Shown here in pieces: positions 27,418 to 41,879 of a stretch of DNA of 64,000 nt. Position 1 is the first letter of the stretch. Every line of letters begins with the position of its first letter. The notes under the pieces were generated by a model. That model was given only the letters and a program-made list of their open reading frames with translations. It made no database searches and was not told the DNA's origin. This stretch comes from Octopus vulgaris (taxonomy: Eukaryota): positions 28,086,001 to 28,150,000 of the forward strand of contig OX597822.1 in NCBI GenBank assembly GCA_951406725.2, read 5' to 3'. The translations under genes and the position numbers were made by a program.

Positions 27418-30400
27418 TTGAATGTGTCGGAAAATATCCCGAATTATGGTTGCATCTCTTTATGCAAGTACTTAAAATCCTTTAAAGATCAAGCTGACCA
27501 ATCAACTTTTCAGGATCGATAAAATAGACACCAATCAATTTGGTGTGTTAATCAGGTGGATTGTGCCACATGTTTAGGCCATTTATATTCCAAGTTTGCA
27601 TGCAACAACGCTGATCAGAAGCTCTACTGAGCGTTACCTTTTCCCTGAGTATTAACGCTAGCACTGAGAGAAAAAAAACTGAATATACAACTGCTTATCT
27701 TCCATAAAAAAAAACCCTTGCACTGGCAGCTCTCCCCTATCTGTAGGGAAACCGCTTAGGGGCACATGTGTTATCAACCTGAGCAACGAAGATTTTAGAT
27801 AGCGAAAATCTATTGTAAATATAGACAAAAAGAACGTTTGTATTTTGAAATGTGTCCTGAAAAATTAACTGTATATTGATTAGTTAATAAACATACATCA
27901 ACTGGAAGAGACCAGCTGTTTATTACTAAAGCCAGTAAACAAACAAGCTCTTTCATAACTGAAAAAAAAAATTTGAAAAATGAATAAATCTTTGAAATAC
28001 TAATTTGACAAAAATATATTTTCTAAACTGTAAATATATTCATCATGTCACTAGCATGGTATTTTGTTGTTTTTTTAGCTGATATTTGTTTTCAACGAAC
28101 GCGTGTATTATACCATATATATATAAGATAGATTATGTACTATACCGCTGTAAAGATATCAGCAGTCGTATGAAATTAATAGAGCTTATTTTATTTAGCA
28201 GTGACGATAAATGTTCCAGCTTCAAGAAAAACCTATTTTGATGGCCTTGTGTTGTATTCAAGGGGTTTAAAGCTGTAGAAACCGGAAACACCCTGGGCAG
28301 AAAGGAAATCTTTTTATCTTTTATAAGATTTCCTAACATAGACGCTCACAAATGTTAGACAAAATGCGTTGTACCACATGTCTCAGCCGCTTACGTTCCG
28401 AGTTGGCATCCAGCAACACTGCCGAAGCTTTATCGAAACTTGCTTTTTCCTTGGATGACAACGATGTTGCGGAGAAAAGGTGCTGCATTACTATTAATGA
28501 TCTCCCAACAAGTACAATTACAGGTGGATTAGATTGATTTCAGCATTTGATTGACAGATTTTATCGCACCCAAAGCGAACAATGGCGCACTAAATAAACA
28601 CCGCTGCAATTTTGTCTTAAGTTCTACCGATTCTATCAAATCAAATAGTGGCTCCAGCTTTTGAAATAGCAATTGCTAAAGCTCCAGCACAGACTGAAGT
28701 TATAATGGAGTCTATATCCAATCCCCTTATATCTCAGTGTATTCCGAAGGCTCATTTCGTTGGCTAACGGAGAATGCAAGGCAAACTCGTACACAGTAGA
28801 ATTTGAATTCACAATATAAAGGGATAAACACATTAACACTACGCATGTTACCTATTGCTGCAATAATTCTCTCCTATCTCACATTTTGCAATCTTATCCC
28901 TAAAAGGATAATGCTGCAAAATGGCAGAGTTATTTGCGTGCAGGATAGAATAAATGGCGATATCTTTGTCGACTCTGTGCGTTTGCGTTCCTATTTGGTC
29001 GAGGTCAACTTTGAATGTGTCGGAAAATATCCCGATTTATGGTTGCATCTCTTTATGAAGTACTTAAAATCCTTTAAAGATCAAGCTGACCAATCAACTT
29101 TTCAGGATCGATAAAATAGACACCAATCAATTTGCAAAGACTTGTGCCACATCGTTTAGGCCATTTATATTCCAAGTTTGCATGCAACAACGCTGATCAG
29201 AAGCTCTACTGAGCGTTACCTTTTCCCTGAGTATTAACGCTAGCACTGAGAGAAAAAAAACTGAATATACAACTGCTTATCTTCCATAAAAAAAAACCCT
29301 TGCACTGGCAGCTCTCCCCTATCTGTAGGGAAACCGCTTAGGGGCACATGTGTTATCAACCTGAGCAACGAAGATTTTAGATAGCGAAAATCTATTGTAA
29401 ATATAGACAAAAAGAACGTTTGTATTTTGAAATGTGTCCTGAAAAATTAACTGTATATTGATTAGTTAATAAACATACATCAACTGGAAGAGACCAGCTG
29501 TTTATTACTAAAGCCAGTAAACAAACAAGCTCTTTCATAACTGAAAAAAAAAATTTGAAAAATGAATAAATCTTTGAAATACTAATTTGACAAAAATATA
29601 TTTTCTAAACTGTAAATATATTCATTATGTCACTAGCATGGTATTTTGTTGTTTTTTTAGCTGATATTTGTTTACAACGAACGCGTGTATTATACCATAT
29701 ATATATAAGATAGATTATGTACTATACCGCTGTAAAGATATCAGCAGTCGTATGAAATTAATAGAGCTTATTTTATTTAGCAGTGACGATAAATGTTCCA
29801 GCTTCAAGAAAAACCTATTTTGATGGCCTTGTGTTGTATTCAAGGGGTTTAAAGCTGTAGAAACCGGAAACACCCTGGGCAGAAAGGAAATCTTTTTATC
29901 TTTTATAAGATTTCCTAACATAGACGCTCACAAATGTTAGACAAAATGCGTTGTACCACATGTCTCAGCCGCTTACGTTCCGAGTTGGCATCCAGCAACA
30001 CTGCCGAAGCTTTATCGAAACTTGCTTTTTCCTTGGATGACAACGATGTTGCGGAGAAAAGGTGCTGCATTACTATTAATGATCTCCCAACAAGTACAAT
30101 TACAGGTGGATCAGATTGATTTCAGCATTTGATTGACAGATTTTATCGCACCCAAAGCGAACAATGGCGCACTAAATAAACACCGCTGCAATTTTGTCTT
30201 AAGTTCTACCGATTCTATCAAATCAAATAGTGGCTCCAGCTTTTGAAATAGCAATTGCTAAAGCTCCAGCACAGACTGAAGTTATAATGGAGTCTATATC
30301 CAATCCCCTTATACCTCAGTGTATTCCGAAGGCTCATTTCGTTGGCTAACGGAGAATGCAAGGCAAACTCGTACACAGTAGAATTTGAATTCACAATATA

Positions 30401-30592
30401 AAGGGATAAACACATTAACACTACGCATGTTACCTATTGCTGCAATAATTCTCTCCTATCTCACATTTTGCAATCTTATCCCTAAAAGGATAATGCTGCA
30501 AAATGGCAGAGTTATTTGCGTGCAGGATAGAATAAATGGCGATATCTTTGTCGACTCTGTGCTTTGCGTTCCTATTTGGTCGAGGTCAACTT
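27418..30592. repeat. Tandem duplication, ~1.58-kb unit (~27418-29010 and ~29011-30592)
   Basis: Identical ORFs offset by 1582 bp; junction microhomology AACTT(T)G. Confidence 0.95.
28350..28763 (-). pseudogene. Frameshifted GAF-domain-like exon (PDE5/6/11-like); duplicate 29932-30345
   Basis: AG/GT-bounded 414 nt. With two frameshifts it reads KGIGY..., LEPLFDL...KTKLQRCLFSAPLFALGAIKSVNQMLK, ...QHLFSATS...LRHVVQRIL, collinear with PDE GAF motifs KGIIGYV, DPRFN, KTKSLLCMPI..GEIIGVAQAINK, AQLFAAS, LEKIVKKIM. By-eye alignment only. Confidence 0.4.
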
Positions 30593-30739
30593 TGCCTTTC
30601 AATTTTTGAGGATCGATGCAAATGTAACAGTTCAGGACAGTAGATTGGCAAAGACTTTAGATCGTCGAATGGGATATTTTGTGGTATATGATTGGCTCTG
30701 TGCATTCTGAGGTCAAATCCCAACCAGCCACCAAAATAC

Positions 30740-30846
30740 GTGGATAGTTCTACAAGGAGATGCGACCGAATAATAGCATCAGCAATTTGGAAAGCAAATA
30801 GGAGTATGATTTCTTTGATGTCACTGCTTGCAGCTCCATCACCATC
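30740..30846 (-). pseudogene. Candidate exon resembling a GAF C-terminal helix
   Basis: AG|DGDGAASSDIKEIILLFAFQIADAIIRSHLLVELS|GT, open frame. Confidence 0.3.
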
Positions 30847-31561
30847 CTTAAAATGTCGTGTGAGAATATTACTTATATTTTAAGACAAAAAGTTTTAAAA
30901 TTTTACATTTTATTTCTTCTGTTAAATCCAGTAGTGAGGGAAAGGTATGAACACCACGATTTCCTATTTCTTTAATTAAAATCAGTTTATGTCAAATAAA
31001 CCAATAATTGTAAATATTCAACTTTTTTCTACTTCTTTTTAGATTCTATTTCAAACTGTTTTATCACATTTTTAGAGCTTGACAAGATTTGCTATTTAAA
31101 AAATTATTTCACTCCTTCCCCAAAATATGCGATTCATCTGTTCTTTGTCGATTTAAATATGAAATATTTATCAATAAATGACACTTTTCATTCAAAATAT
31201 ATTTGGTGTGGGTTTATTTTATTAATTCTTTACACAGAGAATTATTCCTGCAGCGACAAGAAATGAATTTTAAAAAAAACATTTAAGTTGTATTTAACAG
31301 AGAACACAAAATATATTTTGACAGATGCCTTCTAAACTCGGTAATAATGCGTTAGAGAGCTTTCAATATCATGAGAAAATTAACACTGAAAATGACTGTA
31401 TATGTATATATACCTGTATATATATATATTCATAAATACATATGAATATACATCATAAATATACACAAAAAATATATATGTATATATATATTATATAACA
31501 TTTAATACCATGCCATCTATCTCTCTCACGCTCTCACTTTCTATATATCTCTCTGTATATA

Positions 31562-31606
<45 letters not shown>

Positions 31607-32462
31607 GTATGTATATGTGTGTATGTATATATATATATATATATATATATGCATATATATTTATATATATATATGCATATATATATATATAAATATATAT
31701 ATATATATGTATGTATGTATGTATATATATATACGATGGTCGTTATATAACAACGCAGTATTTAATCGCTTTCTTAAATCAGAATGATTTACTACGTGTG
31801 TATTTGCATGTGTGTCTATCTAAAGCTATTAGGCAGAGAATCCGGTTTGTGTTTCATGGTGCTAAAACGGATGACAGACAATAGCTCTATCTAGTTATGC
31901 TAACATACCTAGAAGGTGTAACACTCATGCGTGCTACTGCTATGACAGTTAACTTTATCTCAAGACAGCGATCTTGCAAACAAATACATTTTGCCCTCGG
32001 ATATTCTGTATGGTCTGCAAGTCCATTTTTTTTGTAATTATTCACTCACAGTAAGGCAGCTGGCTGGCAGAGTCATTAGCACGCTGGGAAAAACGTGTTT
32101 AGCAGCATTTCGTCTCTCCTTACTTTCTGAGCTCAGATTCCGCCAAGGTCGACTTTGCCTTTCATCCTTTCGTGGTTGAGGAAATAAGTACCAGTTATGC
32201 ACTGGTGTTGTTGTAATCGTCTAACCGCTTCTCCCCAAAATTCAGTCCTTTTGCCTCTCGTAGAAAAGATTATTCTTTCTTTCTTTCTCTCTTTCTCTCC
32301 CTCTTTCTGTCTACTTAAACACTTAAATACACATAGAAATGTATTAATGTTCGTATGTATGTGTGCATACACGCATACATACACACACACGCATATATAT
32401 ATATGTATGTGGATGTTTATGCACAATACCTATCTTAATACATTCATATATATATATATAAT

Positions 32463-32506
<44 letters not shown>

Positions 32507-32512
32507 CATATG

Positions 32513-32592
<80 letters not shown>

Positions 32593-32850
32593 CGGAGTAA
32601 ACACATAAATGTGAAACAAGGTGGAAAAAAGAGTACTCAAATACCAGTGTGTGTAATATGCTTATTTAGTTAACAAAATCGTGTGTGTCTGATGAACGGC
32701 AACGAAACTCATAACTAATATATATATATATATATATACGTATACATACATACATATGTATGTATATATATATATATATATATATACGTATACATACATA
32801 TGCATGTATATATATATATATATATATATACGTATACATACATATGTATG

Positions 32851-32887
<37 letters not shown>

Positions 32888-33936
32888 GTATGTATGCATG
32901 TATGTACGTATGCATGTATGTATGTATGTGTGAGAAAAGTATAGGTTCAAGTAGAACAATTCAAACTTTTTGAGGAGTCCAAAAAGAGAGAAAATAATCT
33001 CTAATAAAAATTCATCATATTTAGAACTATTCTACTAGAGCAAGCAATAAGAATATGAAAATAACAATTGAAAAAGTCCGTTATAAGTATAAATATAAAA
33101 TAAACAATTTTAAAAATGGAGAAAAGATGTTAAAAAATCAAAAGTATATTTAATAAGTACATACGAACGTTTCAAAAAGCATTACAAATATGTAAGAAAA
33201 AATTATATTAATAAAAATTACAATTAAAGTTATGTATTATCATTCTTGTTAATGTGAAGAGTTTAAGGGGAAAAAACATCCAAGAAACTTATTACTAAAA
33301 ATCAAGAAGGAATAATCAATGGGGTAATAGAGAAAATTTAACCGTATATTTACAAATAAGTCGTAAAAGAGAACAATTATGAGAAACGAAAAAGAGGGAC
33401 ATATATATATATCAAAGTATTAATGTACGTATGTATGAGTGCATAAACGCACACATACATTTCAAAATGTAACTACATGTGGATAGTTGGCGATTTTTCT
33501 CCGCCGCCTTCTTTTTCTCTTGGACTCGCTTGTCTCCTGTTTCTGAAGAAGAACATTGCTCGAAACGTAAAACTACTTTTCTTTCCTTCCCTGAGTGTCT
33601 GTTTATACTTTGCATGTACGTTGTTGTTTTTTCTTGTGTTTTTTTCTTCATTTTATGTTGGGATTAATTATATATGTATACAAGTGTCTTCTACTATAGC
33701 CTCGGGCCGACCAAAGCCTTGTGAATGGACTTGATAGACGGAAACTGAAAGAAGCCCATCGTATATGCGTGTGTGGTGGTGTATTTATGTCCCTGTAACT
33801 TAGCGGTTCGGCAAAAGAGACCGATAGAATAAGTATTAGGCCTACAATGAATAAGCCCTGGGGTCAATTCGTTTGACTGAAGGCGATGCTCCAGTATGGC
33901 CGCAGGCAAATGACTGAAACAAGTAAAAGAATAAAA

Positions 33937-34001
<65 letters not shown>

Positions 34002-35195
34002 TATATCCTTCTGTGTGTATAAATATATATATGTGTGTGTGTGTTGGTGTGTGAGTGCGTTTGTGTGTGTGTAGTCTTTATCGGCGCTTGACAACCGATG
34101 TTGGTTTGCTTATATTCTCCCATCTTGCGATTAGAATAAGAATCAGGATTGAAAACCTCAGTGCTCTTCCAATTTTTTCCGAAGATTCTGTTTGAAGAGT
34201 AGAGATAGCCAGGACTTCGGACTGATTACTACGTTGCCAATACATTCATTTTGTACCCTAACATGATCTAAACTTCTATATATATAATATCCTTGCATAT
34301 ATAATAATATCGAATACACTACACAATCCCAAGTTAATATTGTTTACTTCAATCATTCGTAGTGCTGGGAGAGCAATGTTGACTGTGAGAAAATTTAATT
34401 GTAATTGCAAATAGCGACGGTGTGACAAATATGGTATTTTGCCAAAGCTCTTATGGTCACTCCAACTTTATGAAATATTATTAGGAAGAGCAGAGACAAT
34501 GGGAAGGAAGGTTTGTTGCTTCCTTCGAGAGCAGCTATGCAAAACTTCTTTTGCATAGCGATAGTGTAAAACTGAAGTTAGCTGTAACTCCGTTGGCAGA
34601 GGTGTTAGCCTAATTCATTACTACTATATATAACAGCTAACCTGTCCAACTGATTGGGTGAGGAAGTCGGTTATGTCTTCTTCGAGGCGCTCTCAAACCT
34701 TGACACGGTCCATCATAGGGCTCTCTTTTTCTATGCACATCAGCAACTGCTTGTAATATAGTTGTAATAGGATGCCCCGAGATTCGATCTATCTCATTTA
34801 TCAATATTGCTATAAGGAAGCCAAAGTAACGCATTATTTCGATGTCAGGGAGGGAGGGCGAAAGACCAAAAAGAGAGACAGAGGAGCAATCCGGAAATGA
34901 AAGAGACATGTTTTGTGCAGAACACGCAGAATATGGAATTGATATAGACATGAAACAAAATTATATACGACCAGGACAACAAAAGTTGGCGAAATTTAGT
35001 GCACAAAGATTTTCAGTGAAGACTTCATCAAAGATTGGAGTGTGGGGAGGCAAATGCGTATGAGCAGCATGGAAGGGAGCTGAACGAAAGAAGATAATGA
35101 GGGACTTAGACGGTGGAGCTAGAGCAACACAGCTGGATGTCTTCGGAGCTTAGGGGTTTAGAGTAGAGTAGGGTTTGACAGCATATTAATCATAC

Positions 35196-35396
35196 CTTTG
35201 GGAGTATATCTGGCAGTATAATGCAGATTTGGATAAGTTTTGCTGATGTAAAAAGGTACAGCAGTCTTAATACAATGACATAAAAATCACTGGCAGATGA
35301 GATAGAACAGCGTAGGACATGATCTTGCCAATTACCATTGATGTTTTTGGAACAGTGAGAAAGATATTTAGAGAAATATTGGAAATCTAGGTCCAA
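35196..35396 (-). pseudogene. Candidate GAF-linker exon
   Basis: DFQYFSKYLSHCSKNIN resembles PDE DEKxFxxYLxFCGIxxxN; strong donor AAG|GTATGA. Confidence 0.4.
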
Positions 35397-35583
35397 TAAA
35401 AATTATCTGGTTTCTCAATACAAAGAACGAATATGAAAAATATTCTTTTATATAGAAAGTAGAAAATGCTGCTCATCCTTAAAACAGAGTTGCGGTTCGA
35501 CAGAAAGTATTAGTAAACTGAGCACAACATCGATGCCGAGAAACAAAACCAAAAACAAAAACAACAACAACAACAACATAATG

Positions 35584-35632
<49 letters not shown>

Positions 35633-36054
35633 TGATGATGATGATGATAATGAGAATGATAATGAATTTTACTATAGTCACAAGCCGAGCAAGGGTAAGT
35701 TAATTACTTCGGCCCCAGTGTTCAACTAGTACGTATTTCATCTGTTTCAAAGAGTGATAGACGGAATTTGAACTCAGAACATAAAGACAGATAAATGCAG
35801 CTCAGCAAAGGATTTTCCTTTCTTGTTGTATTTAATAACTGATTCACATTTTAGCAGAAGGCCAGCAATTGTGGTTGGGTAGGGTGTTAGTCGATTGCAT
35901 TAACCTCAGCAGTTAACAGATGCTATTTCATCAACTCTGGACTGATGAATTGTAAAGCTGATCTTGAGGTCATTTGAGCTCCGAATGTAATGACTTGGAA
36001 GAAACACTGCTTTGCAGTATTTCTAATGTGTTAACGATTCTGCCAATAATAATA

Positions 36055-36105
<51 letters not shown>

Positions 36106-36106
36106 A

Positions 36107-36446
36107 TTCAGTAGTTTTATTTTTATAGCGTGCTTTCACTTCACTACCGAGCGCAGCTCTGTGTGCCTTGGGTATGTGCTGTGATTTGTTGTGATGCTCT
36201 GATGGTTATTGTATTGAAAGGGTTTTGCGTAGGATGTGTACAGTGTCCTGTAGTGCAATTTTCTGCATATTATATGTGTTTGTAAGTCCTGGTGTTTTTG
36301 TTATGTATTTTTCTGAATATTTTTTTATCATACCTAATGCGACTACTATGATAGGAATTGTTTCTGTTTTTAGATTCCACATTCAAGTTACCTCTATTTC
36401 CAGGTCTTTGTAGTTTGAAAGTGTCTCCATTTCTTTTAGAGACATA
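36107..36446 (-). mobile_element. 5'-truncated R4/Dong-clade (RLE-type) non-LTR retrotransposon in (TAA)n
   Basis: Translates YKDLEIEV..MWNLKTETIPIIVVALGMI...MQKIALQDTVHILRKTL, typical of the R4/Dong C-terminus; (ATT)n on both sides. Confidence 0.8.
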
Positions 36447-36994
36447 TTATTATTATTATTATTATTATTATTGCTCTGATGCAATACCAGTCAGTGGCTC
36501 TCATGGCTTCTAATCTTAACTGATTAGAAGTGTTATCATGTACACGTTTTGTCTTGGTGTAAAAGATGGGATACAGCAAATATTCTGCTCAATGCCACAG
36601 ATCTGTTTGTTAGTTGTTTGTGTTTTAACCAGTTCAGCATATCCCTTAATGTCTGACGATATGCGCATCTTTGATCATGAACAGAAGCAGTGGGAAAGCA
36701 TCATAGCCATATGTTGAGAGGAATTCTATGAGGTTTGAATAATTCACCTCTGGAAACACGGGTGTTTCGTTCAAAATTATTTAACAACCCTTGTTCAAAG
36801 GTCTTCTGATGGGCTACCCGACCTGAAGAAAATTCTAACTGGGCCTTCACCTGCGAGGTCATGCGTTGTGTCTCTTGATATTAAATCACTGTGTTGTGCA
36901 CATGAGGTTGTGATGCATGGGCCTGGTGTACTCTTTTCAGACGGGTAGTCATAATGTGTATACTGGGCAATAATAATTAGTTATGATGGTGATG

Positions 36995-37280
36995 ATGTAA
37001 TAATGCGTTGCTAAGTGAGAAGCAGAACGTTTCATTAAAATGTGCGGAAAATGTTTCCTTGGCTAATGTATGAGAGAATTATATTGATCAACCTAACATT
37101 TTGGATTTCAAACAAAATTTCAATATGAAGATGTTGAATGCGATTTGCGATTGACATCGTGCAATACAGAACTTAGGTTTTTTTTTAAGTTTTTGGTAAC
37201 AGAAGTGCAGTGTGAAAAGAAAAGTGCTTCCAGCGTAAACAAAATTAACGATAGTCTTCGGATTTGACTTGTATCCCATA
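36995..37280 (-). pseudogene. Stop-interrupted GAF-like segment
   Basis: KTIVNFVY...PKF...KMLG*SI*...ETF...TFCFSLSNALL, versus PDE KGIVGHVA...PRF...EVVG...FCGIAISNAQL. Confidence 0.35.
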
Positions 37281-37536
37281 CTTTGAAAGAGTCTGCTAAT
37301 TCCTTCCGGCCTTCCGTTAGTTGTATCAAAAGGCAGCAGAATAAAACCGACTGTTGATTTAATTTTAGTCTGTTAAGTTGAAGTATTATCACACTCTAGA
37401 AACCAAAATATTCAGTTCAATTACGATGATGTTACCAAAAGTTCTTGTTGGCGACATAAGAGATGAATGTTAACAAAAATTGTATTGTCTATTTGCTTTG
37501 CGCATTCAATTTATCATTATCATCATCATCATAATC

Positions 37537-37579
<43 letters not shown>

Positions 37580-40500
37580 TGATAATGGTGAGCCAGCCGA
37601 ATCGTTATTGTATCGAAAAAAATGCTTAGCTATATTTCTTTTTGACACGATATGTTCAAATTCCTTAGACGGCAACTTTGACTTTCATCTCTTTTTGGGT
37701 TGATAAAATACTGTATCAGTCAAGTACTGGTGTCGATGTAATCAACGTACCATTATCCTCAAATTTGCCGACCTAGTGACAAAACTAGAGACAATTATTA
37801 TTGTTGTTGTTGTCATTGGTATTGCTATTCATTTTTTGTAAACTAACTTTAGTTGTGAAATCTCTAAGTTACATATCCCCGAGAAAGGGTTTAACTCAAT
37901 ATTTTCTTACAAAATACTTTTCAGTTTTTGTAATATAAAATTGATCGTTCCAACCATGTGAGGGATGTAGGTACACGTAGGTGGAATGAACAAATTGACA
38001 AGATATAATTATTCTAAATAGTATAGTTTTACTACTACCATTTAGTGATCTCCATAAATTTTCAGGAGTAATTATACCTCTTAAATACATCGTTTGACTT
38101 GTGTGTGGAGCAAGTTATGTTGTCATGGAAGCTATTTCTTCCTAAGACATATTCGGAGGAAGAATTGAAGTCAGCAACACTACAGAACTCAATCAACATT
38201 CAAACAATTTAGCTATTTATTAGTTTCATACTCTCGGTAGTGAACATTCTATGATTCCAATGTGCAGCTTGGCGGAGAGGACCGTTTAATATTCGAGTTC
38301 TCTTTTTATATTGTTGTTGTTGTTGTTTTTCATGAATCAAACTTCGATATGGACGAAAAGCGAAACGTGTACCTTCACTTGACATTCAAAAATCTTGTTG
38401 GTTTGTCAAACACTAGCTGTTTAATTTTAAGAAAACTACGAAGAATTTAGATTCGGTTTATTTATTTCGGAAAGAGTTATAGATATTCACGTTGCTGAGA
38501 GAGAAAAAAAAAGATAAAATTAAATGCTAATTTAAAAACAGACACGGAGTTATCTTGCGTGTATTATCAACCAAGCCATTTTTTCGCCTGAATTATGTTT
38601 GTAATTGACAATGGCAAAAATTTCCCTTTGTCTGTTAGTAAGCGTGCAGATTCATGTTAAACGAATAGTTAGTTGCAATAAAAAAAATGTCGAAGCTGTG
38701 TTTGACAGTACCAAACAATGACTACTGTATTTTTTATAAGCTCAACTTAGATGACAAAGAAACAAGAATATTTTGAGTACAATTGTAGTCAATTACGAGA
38801 AGAGAAATAGAATGCAATGAAATGGAAACAAGTAAATGAAGTTTTCTCTGATATATTAACTATTTAGAAAAGTTCTGGTAATACTGATGGCTAGAATTCC
38901 TGGTTGGTAGAGTTAGAGTATCTGACCATAATGCCATTGATAAAGCATGAGTATCACAGCCTGCTATATACACTCTGTATTATATCCATATGGTAATATT
39001 GTCGCTAACTGAATTTACAGTACACAATAAAAAGTATAAAGTTAAAATTACAGAGATAATGACGATAAACAAGAATCGTTGCATTAATTATTAACTCTGG
39101 TCACGATAAGCAAGGGCAACAACTTCGGCATTCATATTGGTAAAATTGAATTAAAGATAGAATGCTTTGTGGAGCAATCCATACTGCAATCTATTTTCAA
39201 ATCATTAATAACTTACTTTCCTCCTGTCATCAGTCTCGGGGGCACTGTAGGACCACTTAAGAATGCACATATGTTTTGAAAATAGGGCGGGAATCTGTGT
39301 GTATGCATGTGTGTATGCATGTGTGTATACATAGTCTCAGGTGTATCCATGTCCTCCAGAGGTTCGATTCGCAACTACTTGATTCTGCGTTCCATCTCAA
39401 TTTGCAGCAGTTTGGTATTGTATCATGTACCGTAGACACGGCTTGGGAACGTCTTGTAAAATTTTGTGGCGAAGGCACACACATACACATATACTATACA
39501 GATCTATATCACACAGACCCACACACTTACAAGTACATATTTATATAGTACATACACACGATGATTACCGAGTTGTAACAATTCTCGCCTGGAGATTGTA
39601 GTGGGTCGAAATTCGAGTCGCCAGACAATATTCCTTCTTCAATAAAACGTATACCCACAGTCTCACAAAAACACGCGCATGTACACATATATACAGGCAT
39701 TATATATATATATTATTCCCGAGTAAATTTGTAAATAGTGTTAATGATTTTGTATAATTATGTGTTGCCTACTGCACTAAAACGAAATACATTAAATTCA
39801 TTTGGACTGACCCATGCATGTAAAACTAGCTATATAACACACTAATACAGAATGAAGAAACAACTCGAGCACAAATTTTAGTCTTTTTTTGTTAAATAAT
39901 GGAAGAAAGAATCTGCTGCAAAGAATGTGAAGTTAATGGAATAGACGAAATACACACGCAATTCAAAAACAGCTATTTTTAGAAAAACTAGTCGATACCG
40001 TCCACTAAATTCTACAATGAATCCGTAATACACATTGATTATATTTCTGAGTAGTCTTGTATGCATGCGTACGCACGCGTGTGTATATGTGCAATGTTGA
40101 ATAATATTGATTTTTAAATTTTTTTTTAGGCATGAGGTCATAGATTTTGTAAAAGAAAGAAATGAGATTGTGAGAGGATCATGCGTTTCTTAATTTCTTA
40201 CACGTTATTAAGGATGATAGTGGTATGAAATTAGCTTTATTTTGCATAGATAACTTGTAAAACTCTGATAGGTGGAAGCCTACATTTACTCTTTCTCTCC
40301 AACCGGAAATTGAAATCGTATCTCGAGGCACTAGCCATGCTTTCTGCTGGATGTTATTGATTTCTAAATCTGGCACAGGACCACAATTTGTTAAGTAAGT
40401 TGTATCATCGATTGAATCGAACAAAAGCTATAATAATACTGCTGCATGTTTTATTAAGCCGGCTAAAAGGAAATTCATAATCAACTCAACCCTGGTAGGA

Positions 40501-41879
40501 CGTAACTAAAAACAGTAAGGTAGTTTAAATACGCCAGTCTACCGTTCTAGTTTCAGTTGATTGCAAACGGCGCTAGAATGGCAGCCAAATTTTGTTTAAA
40601 TTATACCCTACTACTTTAGAATAGAAAATATTTGATAATATGGTCAGTGGTGGGTAGAATTTACACACGAAACTGACTGAATGGTCACGGTATTTACGCG
40701 TCTGCTTCTATATCTGATCTATCAGGGTTGACTCAGGGATAATCAGCTGCTAGAACAAAACACCAACAAGTCAATATTTTTCACGGAATAATAGCATCGA
40801 ATAGGTTGTTCTTTTTGAGTGTTAGAAACAGTAAAGTGTTGAGTAAAATGCTTTCAGTATTAAGCGCGGTACCTCTATGCTTTGAGTTCAAATCACACGA
40901 GCGTTGAATTTGCTTTACCTTATATGCAAGTCGAAAAGTAACTATCGACATATAATTAAGTCGTTTCAAGTTCCCATACATCTTGTCTTGTATGGATGTG
41001 AAAAGAGCCGTAATAAAAGTGTTTAGTTCATATATTTATTATGTAATATAGAAGTCGTGATGCTGAAAGACGTTGGTTGCAGTTTCGAGCCGAGTTAGTT
41101 CTTCGACTTGAAGGCGCATGACTTCATGGTTAGGACATTCGGCTCGCGGTCGTAAGGTCGTGAGTTCAATTCCCGGCGACACGTTGTGACTTTGAACAAG
41201 CTACTTTATTCCACGTTCCTCCAGTCCGCTCAGCTGACAAAATGAGTAGAACGTGTATTTCAAAAAGGGCCAGCCTTGTCACATTCTGTGTCACGCTGAA
41301 GTTCCCAGTGAACTGCGTTAAGGGTACGCGTGTCTGTGGAGTGCTCAGACACCTGCACGTTAATTACGCGATCAAGCTGTTTGTTTGTCGGATCAACCGG
41401 AACCCTCGTCGTCGTGAACGACGTAGTGTCATTTAATTATTATTTTTTTTATTTCATTTTCGTTTTAGTTCTTCGATTTAACCTGTTTCTGACAGACAGA
41501 CAGACAGACAGACAGACAGGCAGAGCTACTCATCGTCGTCGCGCAAGCAGAAGCACATCAAAGTCACTGAAAGTGAAAGTGTTACTTATTGTGTTCATTG
41601 GTTTGAAGGGCAACTTTCCTCAATAGTTTGCTCCACGCTTTCAGCGAACATTTAACAGTTTTCCTAGTATATTCTCATACATTTTGTGAGATTGGGTGCG
41701 AAAGAAGAAACGTCGTATAATCAAAGAAAGCCTCGTTAATGCGCCACTCTTTCCGAGTTACGTTTTTGGCAAAGTACAACACTACTCACACCTGTCTTGT
41801 AAAATGTATGTCGTATAACTTTCCACTTTACTTTATTCACTCACCTATTTGTACAAATTGTACACCTAAGGCTGAAAAG

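Noticed and set aside
36880-36970. HDV-like ribozyme at the end of an unclassified repeat
   Set aside because: I could not build the nested double-pseudoknot order (P1/P2/P3/P1.1).
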